Positions 13,334 through 24,100 of a DNA stretch of 64,000 nucleotides are shown here, one piece after another (position 1 is the first letter of the stretch; the number at the start of each line of letters is the position of its first letter). This DNA comes from Heptranchias perlo (taxonomy: Eukaryota): contig NC_090363.1 in the NCBI RefSeq assembly GCF_035084215.1, positions 11,098,001-11,162,000 on the forward strand, given 5' to 3'. A program made the translations under genes and the position numbers. The notes under the pieces were generated by a model. The model did no database searches. It was not told the DNA's origin and saw only the letters and a program-made list of their open reading frames with translations.

Positions 13334-13510
13334 GGAGGCAATTTTAACATAATCCTGTGAGGCAACTGAAGGGATCGGGAGCGATGCTGGTTTTACACCC
13401 CGCCTCAATTTTACTCTCCATTGAAGTCAATATTGGACGGTGTGTAAAACCGACGTTCCACCCGATCCTGTGGGATTGCCGCCCGGCGAGTTATGTTAAA
13501 ATTAACCCCC
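13334..13510. mobile_element. palindromic MITE (Harbinger/Tourist-like)
   Basis: aattttaacataa...ttatgttaaaattaacccc; internal ggatcggg/cccgatcc and ggttttacac/gtgtaaaacc. Confidence 0.7.
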
Positions 13511-14107
13511 ATTTGTAAACATGTCAGGGGTGAAATTGGTCCTCGGCAGTAGCGTGAAACCGGTGATTGCAAATTGGTGACCCTCCCGTTTTCAAACCGT
13601 CCGCGGTGAAACCGATTGGCTTTCGCCCGTTTCAGACTATGGCCAAAGACCAACTTCTCACCCCCCACCCCCCAATGGCCCACCCCCGTTGTTCTTTGAT
13701 GTGCTTACAATGTCCTTGCACATAACTGCCAGTGAAATCCTTTGTCCGCCGCATGTAGACACAAAGACAAACCGCGTCGCACCAACACGGAACGTGTAGA
13801 GTCAGCAGCTCACAAACTTTCAAGGGCGGAGATTCATTCCAAAATGGTGACCTCTGCCCTCTGACCTGGAGGTCGGGCAGGAACCAAGGAGCCAGCGACT
13901 AATGTCAGTTCTATGATATCCCAGAACTGCCTGCACGAGACGTGGCACTGCTCTTCAAACAGTATTCATTGCATGAAGGTCTTTGACTCATTTCCACGGC
14001 ACAAGGCAATACTTAAGTGTATTTGTTCCAATTATCAAATGGGCCTTACTGCAAAAACTACCTAGTGCATGGTGCCAAAAAAGCTCAAACTTAGAAATTA
14101 ATGTTAA

Positions 14108-14545
14108 AGAAAGAACTTGAATTTATATAGCGCCTTTCACGACCTCAGGACGTCCCAAAGCGCTTTACACCCAATGAAGCTTTTTTGAAGTGTAGTCACT
14201 GTTGTAATGTAGGAAGCGCGGCAGCCAATTTGCACACAGCAAGATCCCACAAACAGCAATGTGATAGTGACCACATAATCTGTTTCCTGGTGATGTTAGT
14301 TGTGGGATAATATTGGCCAGGGCACCAGGGAGAACTCCAATGCTCCCCTTTGAAATAGCGATCTTTTGCGTCCAACTGAGAGGGCATACGTTTCATCCTA
14401 AAGACAGCACCTCTGACAGTGCAGCGCTCCCTCAGTACTGGCACTGGGAGTGTCACGCTGGATTATGCACTCAAGTGTCTGGAGTGGGGCCTGAACCCAC
14501 CACTTTCTGACTCAGAGGTGAGAGTGCTCCCCACTGAGCCACTCG
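14108..14545 (-). mobile_element. DeuSINE/SacSINE1-like SINE
   Basis: High similarity to 4070-4505, including the tRNA head. Confidence 0.8.
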
Positions 14546-14852
14546 TTTGCAACATCAGCGTCCAAGCGCTGAACTTGTTCATGGGACATCTTCTAAGGTT
14601 AGTATGTTCATATTACTCAGAGATTTGTATCCTAATATCCTACACAGTAAATTCTGGGCTGAATTAGATGACTGGCAGTTTATGTGACCACCTGCCCATA
14701 GGTTAGAAGGAACTACTGTGGTGCAATTATACCCTTTATGTATATATTAAGGCAAAAATATTGAGAACAGCGTATCATAATTGGATGAAACGCTATGACC
14801 ATCTACAAGTGCATTTTCATACTCCAACCCCCACTAACACATGGGAGCAGAA

Positions 14853-15680
14853 ATATCTGTGCATTACCCAGTCTGTCACTATTAATATCTGTGCGTTACC
14901 CAGTCTGTCACTATTAATATCTGTGGGTTACCCAGTCCGTCACTATTAATATCTGTGGGTTACCCAGTCTGTCACTATGAATATCTGTGAGTTACCCAGT
15001 CTTTCACTGTTAATATCTGTGAGTTACCCAGTTTGACACTATTAATATCTGGGGATTACCCAGTCCGTCACTATTAATATCTGTGGGTTACCAAATCTGA
15101 CACTATTAACATCTGTGCATTACCCACCCTGACACTATTAATATCTGTGGCTTACACAGCCTGACACTGTTAATATCTGTGGGTTACCAAATCTGACACT
15201 ATTAATATCTGTGGGTTACCCAGTCAGTCGCTATTAATATCTGTGCATTACCCAATCTGTCACTATTAACATCTGTGGGGTACTCAGTCTGTCACTATTA
15301 ATGTTTGTAGCTTACTCAGTCTGACACTATTAATATCTGTGAGTTACCCAGTCTGACACCGTTAATATCTATATGTTACCCAGTCTGGTCACTATTAATA
15401 TCTGTGGGTCACCCAGTCTGTCACTATTAATATCTGTGGGTCACCCAGTTTGACACTATTAATATCAGTGGGTTATCCAGTTTGACACTGTTAATATCAG
15501 TGGGTTACCCAATTTGACACTATTAATATCAGTGAGCTACCCACTCTGTCACTATTAATATCTGTGAATAACCCACTCTGTCATTATTAATATCTATGAG
15601 TTAACCACTCTGTCATTATTAATATCTATGAATTAACTACTCTGTCATTATTAATATCTGTGAATTTACCCAGTCCGTCT
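14853..15680. repeat. 32-bp minisatellite (~25 units)
   Basis: Unit atatctgtgggttacccagtctgtcactatta. Confidence 0.95.
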
Positions 15681-16092
15681 AACCCATTTCAAGCTCGATT
15701 GTTTCGAGATCTAAAGTACTGAACTGTAGATAAGTTTATTTTTTAAAACGAGTGACTCCTTACCTGCTTTCCTGAGTCCTTCGCCTCCGGCCTTCCCTTT
15801 CAGTTCAATGTGCTGGATGTTAATGTGTGAATAATTTTCTAAGCAAAAGCATTTTGTACTGGGCGCTGATTAATATTCATGAGCTTGCCTTGGTTCCTCC
15901 CTCTATGCAAATCGAGCAATCGTATGGCAGCTTTGATCCCATTTTCTGTGGGTTTTCTCCCAATCCTTCCTGTCCGCCTGCGCCCCATTCAGTTCCCTTG
16001 TCTGAGAGGGTGAATGATCACAGGTGGGGGGACTTGCAACCGGCCGCCGAAGTTACTGTGTAAGAAACGACTGGGAAGTACGAGAGAGAATG

Positions 16093-16258
16093 AGGGCGTT
16101 AATTTTAACCTAAACTGGCCGGGCGGGAATCACACCGGATTTACACCCCGCCCAATATTGACTTCAGCGGAGAGTAAAAATCGGGGCGGGGTGTCAAACC
16201 AGCGTCGCCCCGAATCCCGTCAGGTTACCGGTGGCCGTTTTAGGGTCAAAATAACCCC
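16093..16258. mobile_element. palindromic MITE related to 13334-13510
   Basis: gttaattttaaccta...tagggtcaaaataacccc; internal acaccccgccc/gggcggggtgt. Confidence 0.65.
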
Positions 16259-16789
16259 AGCCCAATCCGGATTGTTTAATCCGGTTCTGTCAGATTCACG
16301 GTAACACAGTGGAGACCGGACAATCCTGAGTCCGTTTTCATTCAAATGTTCTCCTCCCTCCGTCATCAATAGGAAACACATAATTAGCAGAGTCAGAGGG
16401 TTGAAAACCCGCTTAATGCGGAAGGCAGTTTGTACCTCCGTTTGTTTCAGACTGCGGGGTGTTTATATCGCATCAGCATCCGAATGAGTTTCTGCAGATT
16501 GTTCTGTTGTTCAAACTGGAATCAATTGTATTTTCTTTCATTCTATGACGAGAAACAAGATACAATTCTGTGGAAAGGTGCAGTGTGTGCATGAAACTGT
16601 GTTTCCTGGGAGTTTATACAGCTGTCTGCCCGTGTAACGTGTACAAAATGAATACTGTAAATCTCAGGTCCTGTTGGAGAATAAAAATGTTATTTTGAAG
16701 AATATTTTGATCCTGTGCTGCCTCTTCTTTTCAAGTTTTGTTTAAAATTTCCAGTATCAACAGAAACAGAACAAATAAACGTAGAGCAC

Positions 16790-17230
16790 GAACTGATATT
16801 GAAATAGATCAGATTCATGTACATCAGTCACTGATAATGAAATGGAACAGATTCATGTACACCAGACACTGATACTGAAATAGAACAGATTCATGTACAC
16901 CAGACACTGATACTGAAATAGAACAGATTCATGTACACCAGACACTGATACTGAAATAGATCAGATTCATGTACACCAGTCACTGATACTAAAATAGAAC
17001 AGATTCATGTACATCAGTCACTGATACTGAAATAGAACAGATTCATGTACACCAGACACTGATACTGAAATAGATCAGATTCATGTACATCAGTCACTGA
17101 TACTGAAATAGAACAGATTCATGTACACCAGTCACTGATACTGAAATACAACAGATTCATGTACACCAGTCACTGATACTGAAATACAACAGATTCATGT
17201 ACACCAGTCACTGATACTGACATAGAATAG
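16790..17230. repeat. 38-bp minisatellite (~11 units)
   Basis: Unit actgatactgaaatagaacagattcatgtacaccagtc. Confidence 0.95.
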
Positions 17231-17264
17231 ATAAGCATCGAAAATTTATTCAGACTGAAGTGCT

Positions 17265-17428
17265 ACGTTGCTTAGTGGGGAGCACTCTCGCCTCTGAGTC
17301 AGACGCTTATGTGTTCAAATCCCACTCCAGAGGCTTGAGCACATAATCCAAGCTGACACTCCCAGTGCAGTACTGAAGAAGTGCTGCAGTGTCGAAGGTT
17401 CCATCTTTCAGATGAGATCATAAACATC
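17265..17428 (+). mobile_element. 5' half of the same SINE
   Basis: gcttagtggggagcactctcgcctctgagtcaga...gttcaaatccc...tttcagatgaga. Confidence 0.7.
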
Positions 17429-17434
17429 TTAGGG

Positions 17435-17695
17435 CTAGTGTGGAGGGAGATTTACTCGGTATTTAACCTATACTGTTCCTCTCCTGGAAGTATTTGATGG
17501 GACAGTGTAGAGGGAGCTTTACTCTGTGTCTCACCCGTGCTGTATCTGCCCTGGGAGTATTTGATGGGACGGTGTAGAGGGAGCTTTACTCTGTATCTAA
17601 CCCGTGCTGTACTTGCCTTGGGATTATATGATGGAAAGTGTAGGGGGAGCTTTACTCTGTCGCTAAACGGTGCTGTGCCTGACCTAGGACTGCTT
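17435..17695. repeat. ~67-bp satellite-like repeat (about 4 units; remnants near 39020, 40490, 52215, 53805)
   Basis: Unit gggagtatttgatgggacagtgtagagggagctttactctgtatctaacccgtgctgtacctgccct. Confidence 0.8.
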
Positions 17696-18144
17696 TTCAG
17701 AGCAGTGTTGGCAGATCGCAGGGGGCCGATTGTCTGAGTGCCCTCTGATTGGGGAGTGATGTGTGTTTTGGGATCAGATCAAATAAATGCAAAGAAAAAG
17801 AAGAAAAGAAAGAAATGAGTAAATAAGTTCGGTACCACTGAAGAAGGCATTTAATCTCCTGAAAAAGAAAAGGGAAGAAAACATAACTTAACATTGCGCC
17901 ATCACAGTGCGGTCAGTGAGCATATCTGCATTGTCACTTGCTAATTAAATGTATAATTTCAATATACTGTTCAGCCAGAGAACAGGGAATTTTATTCTGA
18001 ATTTAGCACGTGGTGTAATTCACCTGGGAGTACTTCATGAACAACGTGAAAATGTGATTCAGTTCCCAGCACCGAGAACCCGACCCTCGATGAATACTGA
18101 GAGACACCAGCAGAGAGAGATGGATGAAGGTTAGACTGAGTACA

Positions 18145-19335
18145 CCAGGTGATAATGTGTGAGCTGCCTGAGGTGTTGGTCTAGGTGGTCCAGGTCTGGC
18201 CCATTCCCCGATGCTCCGCCACACAATCACCCTAGCCATCTTCCACATTGTCTGGAGATCCAAGACAGACGCCGTCCGGTGGGCCACCATGTACAAACCC
18301 CCAGACAACAGGGGGAAAGGGCGTCCCCAATGCTGCCCTGATCCTGATGGCCACCTTTGAGTGGCTGCCTCAAGATTTGTGTAGGGCCCCATTAGGCAAA
18401 CACCAAGTGTCATTAATGCTGAGTTTCTACCTGTCCACCACACTGAGAAGGGTGGGTCTGGCCATGCTGGCCAAGCAGATGAAGAACGTCTCGTCCAGCT
18501 GGACCATACCCCACGACCTCTCCCAGGTGGTGAAGTTCCTGAAGAGGAACCCTTTCGATCACAAGGCTGTCAGCGAGTGGTCTGGACAGTAGGACCTTCT
18601 GGGGGTCCTGCAGGGAAAGGAGAGGGTGGATCCGATCGAGCAGTTCCACGACCAGACAGTCGAAACCATTTGGCAGAACATCTTGTCGCCGGAACTGACC
18701 AACAGGGATAGGATGTAACTTGGATGGTGGTGAGAAGGGCCCTCCTGGTGTGGTCTTTCCAGCATGCACAGAATCTCAGTGACACTGCGAGCTGCCGTCG
18801 AGGCTGAAGTGGGAATGAGACCGTCGCCCATCTTGGACTGCCCCTTCGTGCAGAGAGTGTGGAGTGAGATGCGTTGGTATTTGTCCCGGTTCATTCCCAA
18901 CCGTTCGGTAACACAGGACTTTGTGCTCTACGGGCTGTTCCCCAGGACGCAAACCGAGAGAGATATCAACTGCTACTGGAAGACCATCAACTCAGTGAAG
19001 GAGGCCCCTTGGTCCACCTGAAACCTGCTGGTCTTCCAGCTGAAGGAGCTGTCCATGACCGAGTACTGCCGACTGGCACACTTCAAGATCCAGGAGTACG
19101 TGCTGTGAGACGCAATGAAGAGAGGTGCGGACGACACGATGGGAAAGGCCACCGAGTAAGGACATCACACCTTGTATTGTACACCATGTATTAGGAGATA
19201 AACGCTGTGTTTGAATTGTAATATTGGGATCGTTTTGTGTACGATCTGTATTGTATTGTTTTGAATTGTATTGCTTTGGAATTGTGTTTTTTACATTGAA
19301 CTGTGTGTATCTTTAAATTCTATGAAATAAAGTAT
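18145..19335 (+). mobile_element. 5'-truncated Tx1/L1-clade non-LTR retrotransposon: ORF2 C-terminus and 3' UTR
   Basis: Frameshifted GGKGVPNAALILMATF, LDCPFVQRVWSEMRWYLSRFIP...VLYGLFP...WKTINSVKEA; TG-rich 3' UTR ending aaataaagtat. Confidence 0.8.
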
Positions 19336-19549
19336 ATCTTGAATTTTTTTAATAGAAGAGTGTCTCTGCAGCTTTAAAAACTCTGTCTCAATGCACAGAT
19401 ATTTAAAATGTAGAACAGTGTGATTGTTTCTGTATCTTTAAACTCTCTGACTCACGACACAGTTATTTATAGTGTATTGTAGGATGATTTGTGTGGGACG
19501 AGGGTCTGTGAGGTAATGTGGGAGCAGCGCCTTTGTGCAGGGTGAGTAT

Positions 19550-19915
19550 TGCACTCTTTATTTTCTCTCTCCCCTCTTGCTTTTTCTCTCCTTTCCTTCC
19601 TTTCACTCTCATTTCATTCCTCTTATTTCCTTCTTTTTCTTTCTGCCTCCAGCTCCACTGTCTGTATCCTCTTTTAATGTGTTTCATTCTCCCATCCTAT
19701 TTCCCTTGCCTTGCCCCTCTCTCTCGTTCCTTTTTCCATCTCTCCCTTTACGCTTTCTCATTCCCTCTTTTCTTTCTTTCCTCTTTCTCTCTTTTCTTGC
19801 TTCACTCTTTCATTCTCTTTTCTTTATCGCTCTTTCATTTTTCTCTCCATTTACACTTTCTCGCTCTCTCCTTTCTTTCTCTCTCTCTCTCTCTTTCTTT
19901 TCTCTCCTCCCTATC
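19550..19915. repeat. CT-rich low-complexity tract (homologues ~30320-30670, 42110-42400, 55980-56335)
   Basis: Polypyrimidine tract present in each duplication unit. Confidence 0.85.
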
Positions 19916-20256
19916 CAGCGAGAATCAGTGAGGGAGAGGGCTCCCACCATGGTCCAGGAATTGAAACCCTTCCGGGGTAAATCTCCCTCACTGTGACCTG
20001 TCGCCCCGTGGACTAATTCCCCACCCAACCCCTCCCTGCCATCACCCCTGCAGTGCACTGGACATTACAACATACAGGACTTTGTAATGCGCCAGATGGT
20101 AATTCACTGGTGGTGCTCAGGCAGCTTCAAGAAGCCAAAGTGATGGCCCTTGTGGAGAAATGTAGACAAATTCTTGAATATTTGGGATATAAATTTTTAT
20201 TTCCAATGCTCTTACAAAGGGCAGACTATTGACAACATATAGTCATTGCCACTAAC

Positions 20257-20262
20257 TTTATT
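20257..20262 (-). terminator. candidate polyadenylation signal AATAAA of the - strand TRIMs (also 31007-31012, 42733-42738, 56680-56685)
   Basis: Conserved in all four units ~0.87-0.9 kb downstream of the stop and followed by GT-rich sequence on the - strand. Confidence 0.5.
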
Positions 20263-21124
20263 AACGTGACGCAGTTGGCATAATAAAATGGGAATATTAA
20301 CATTAATTATTGAGTTACAGAAAACTTATGCAAAGAGCATGCATTACCTGCTGTTCTGATCAGCTGCCTTCTAATCTAATAAACACAGACCTTCGCGCAC
20401 ACTGAGAGTGTTCTGTGCTTAATTGATTGTCAGGCTAATGGTAGCAAGATCAGTCCAATCAATGTGATTGCAAAAGTATCAACTTCTCCATCTTCTCGCC
20501 GGGACAATGACATAAAAAAAATAAATCGGGTAAGTTACATTTCTGTGCAGTTATGGACATTGACTTAAAATTAGTTCCACTGACACTTAGAAACACGCAA
20601 GGGAGACCATTCTGCCCATCTTGATCCATCCATCCAGAGCGATCTTAACATCCACCCATTGTAGCATCAAATTGTTTCTGAAATGATTCCAGGGTTCTTG
20701 TCTCCATCGCTCTATCTGGAACCTCACTCCACATGATGATGACACTTTGGGGTGGAAACAAGGTGGTAGTGCCCCCAAAAATGGTGGGCAGTGACAGAGG
20801 AGAATTAAAACATGGGCAATGCTCCCTCAGTACTGCACTGAAGTGTCAGCCTGGATTATGTGCTCAAGTCTGTGGGGCGGAAGAGAGGCAGGAGGGGTCC
20901 ATGGGAGTGGGAATAATTGGATGGCTCTTTCAAAGAGCCGCCACAGGCACGATGGACTGAATGGCCTCCTGCGCTGTATGATTCTATATGAGGCTGGTTT
21001 GTATTTTAAATGGGATTACCACCTGAGTCGGGACCATCCGCACCAACTGTGACTGAGACCGACGCCCAGCAGTTTGCAGCTGGCAGGAGGCAGGTCGGTG
21101 GTGTGGAATTATGGGATGGACCTG

Positions 21125-24100
21125 TTAGTGACCTTTAACCCCGCGGATTGTCAGCGGTGCTGAGTTTTTCCCGTCCTCATTCATTCCCGGAATGAAGAAG
21201 GGAAAAATTCTCTCAGTGAAAGTGTGGGTGAAAGTGTGGAGATGGGACATGTTGTCCGCATTGTAAAATGACACCTGTCCGCCCTCATAGTCCAGGTACA
21301 CCCCGATCATCCGGGGCTCCACACTCGGGGTGAGGGGGGTGTCATCGGGGGAGGTGACGGCAAAATAACCACTTTCAGGATCCAGCCACACAATCCAGTA
21401 TCCGGACTCAGGTCTCAGGTTAATCTCCATTTCCTGTTAACAGACTCTCGGGCCACTCCCACACTCCACCAAGTCTTGTTCCCCACCTCCACCTCCCAGT
21501 AGTGTCTCCCTGATGTGAATCCCTCCGATCCCAGGACACAGGCCACGCGATCAAACCTCTCCGGGGTGTTTGGGAGCGGCTGCCGTATCACTCCGTCTCT
21601 CACACTGGTCCGGTCCTCAGACACGATGAGCCGTGGATTCGCTGTGTTCGGATCCAGAGTCAGAGAGGCTGGAGCTGGGGGAAGGTTAAAATAACAGTCA
21701 GTGAGTGAGTTTCTTGCTGTGATTTATTCAAACACTTTCCTGTTTAAAGTGCCCACTCGGGGGATTCCCGGGACCTCGGGTGTTTTTAAAGGGCTCCAGG
21801 TTCTGTTATTGGAATCTGCCCCCACCCGGGGGTTTACGCTCCTGGGGCCGCTCTGACTTCCCAACCCGGTCAGAGCTGAGCGGGGACCGGGCGCACATTG
21901 TGTTTTATTTTTGTCTTTCTTCAGCCCCTGGCGCCCTGATTCGACACCGACCCGCCACAAGGAACCCAGCGCCCCCTCGCCCTCCACACTCCCCACCCCA
22001 CCCCGAGTCCCCTGCGGTTCTCAGCCCCTGCAGAGTGACCCACGGGCCTATAGAAATACACAAGGAACCGGCACCAAGAGGCGCCGATGTGACTTGGAGG
22101 CACAATCTCGGCCCGGAGACGTTACCCCTGAAATCCCCACATCACCAATCTGCTCGATCGATGAGGGGAGATGGGGGAGGGGGGAAGCGGAAATAAGAAA
22201 CCAGAGGGAAAGAAAGGGAAGAAAAGTGAGGAGGGGAACTGCTGCAGAAGAAAAGAAAGGACCGAGAGAGAGTGGAGGGGAACTAAACTCAACGGAGGGA
22301 ATGGGAACAAGAACAGATCCCGCAGAGGGCGGGAGGGAAAGAGCTCGCGCGGGGTAAACAGTGAGGAAAGGAGAGAGTAAAGAGTTCAAGGGGAAAAGTA
22401 GAAAAGCAACAGGATAAAGAAGCTGCGGCCCACAACTCAATGTGTCCAACAGCCTGACCCGGAACGCGAGATAAACTGAAACAACCGGGCAGCCCCCAGA
22501 TTCAGAAAAACCCGCCCCCGAACAGAAAAAACACCCTGGACATAACAAACCGACATCACCCTGAATACAGTCCATCAACAAAATTATATCCAGGAATCTC
22601 AACAGACTCGAACACAAAATCAGCCAAAACCGATCGACATAAAAGGAGAGGTGGCAGTGTCATTTCTACAGGAGACTCTCCTCACCATATGTGAACTCCT
22701 GCAGCCACAACTGCAGCCTCAAAGCAGTGCAAGGACATCATTGCTTGTGGCTGTCAAGGTAACCGTGGCACTGAACTTTTATGGCTTTCGATCCATTCAG
22801 GTCTCTGCTGGCGATATTCTTGACAGAGAGAAGCAGAATGAGCGAGCACGAGTGTGTGCCGCATTGCAGGCTTCTCCATGGTGCAGCGTGTCATTGACTG
22901 CACGCATATAGCCATGTGTGTTCCATATCTCAACTCAGCCATCTTTATGAACAGACGGGGTTCGACTCCCTCAATGTGCAGCTGGTGTGTGACGGCAAGC
23001 AGTGCATCATGCAGCTCAATGCAGTCATGATGCTTCCATAATGCTGCAGTCCAATCTACCAACTATCTTTGAACCGGCTTCGTAAGTCAATGGCTGGCTA
23101 CAGGGTAACAAGCGCGAACCCTTCACGAGGTGGCTTGTGATTCCGGTCAGTCACGCACGCACGTGTACAGATAGGTCTACAATGAGAGCAATGCAGCCAC
23201 AAGAAATGTCATTGAGCAAACCATAGGCATCTTCAAGCAACGTTTCCGCTGCCTGGGCCATTCTGGAGGAGCCCTGCATTACTCAGCTGAGCAGGTGTCT
23301 AGATTTGTCGTGGTATGTTGCATGCTGCACAACCTCGCCCTTAAGAAGGAACATCCCTTGCCACCGCCTATCCACCAACTCCCTGAGCCAGAGGCAGAGG
23401 AGGAGGAAGACGAGGAGGAAGTGGAGGAAGAGTAAGTGTCAAGAGCAACAAAATGCACAGGCCCTGTCTGCCAGGACTCTTCATGCTCACCTTATTCAAG
23501 AGCGATATCTGTAACCTCATTGACGCCTCCCAAGTCACCAACAGTCCTACACTGCTCACATTTCCTCTCCCTCATGACCATCAAATCGCCCTCCATGTGA
23601 CTGCACATTGCTTCCTCCCACAGCTTAAAGCGTAAATAAAAACCACCACCAACTGCGACCTCCAAACAAAAATTTATCAGATTGCACATTAACTCAAGTA
23701 TAAAACATTACACCATTCACCTTTGTGAATTCCCTCAGTGCCTTTCATTCGTCTGCCTTTGCCCTTCCTAGTGCTTCGACGAGATGCATCCCCTGTGACT
23801 GGAGCATGGGTGGTGGAAGGCTGCTGATCTTCAATTGAGGTGCATGCAGATGGACTTGTAGGAAAAACTCGAGCAGCTCTGGGCCAGGAGGGTACGTATC
23901 AGACTGCACCATCTCGACATGGGCTGCAGCAGTCTAGCCTGGCTGGCTGACAGGCAATAGCAAGGGCACTAACAGAGAGGCAGGGCTGGGAGCAGGAAAA
24001 CTGTCATCCTGAGAGAGGACAGCAGGTTCGACTGCCATGGCGCCATTGCCACTCGAATGGGGCGGCACCTCAGCAATCCTGGTGATCAACTGAAGAGCAG

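Noticed and set aside
8603-17230. 32-38-bp periodic repeats as a CRISPR array
   Set aside because: Units are head-to-tail with no unique spacers, there are no cas genes, and the context is eukaryotic; these are minisatellites.
19335-19480. snRNA or 5S target site for the Tx1 element (Keno/Mutsu type)
   Set aside because: No recognisable U2, 5S or tRNA sequence flanks the fragment.
19518-19996. Hydrophobic Phe/Ser/Leu-rich ORFs resembling membrane proteins (also ~30290, 42080, 55944)
   Set aside because: Artefacts of CT-rich low-complexity tracts; frames are not conserved between copies.
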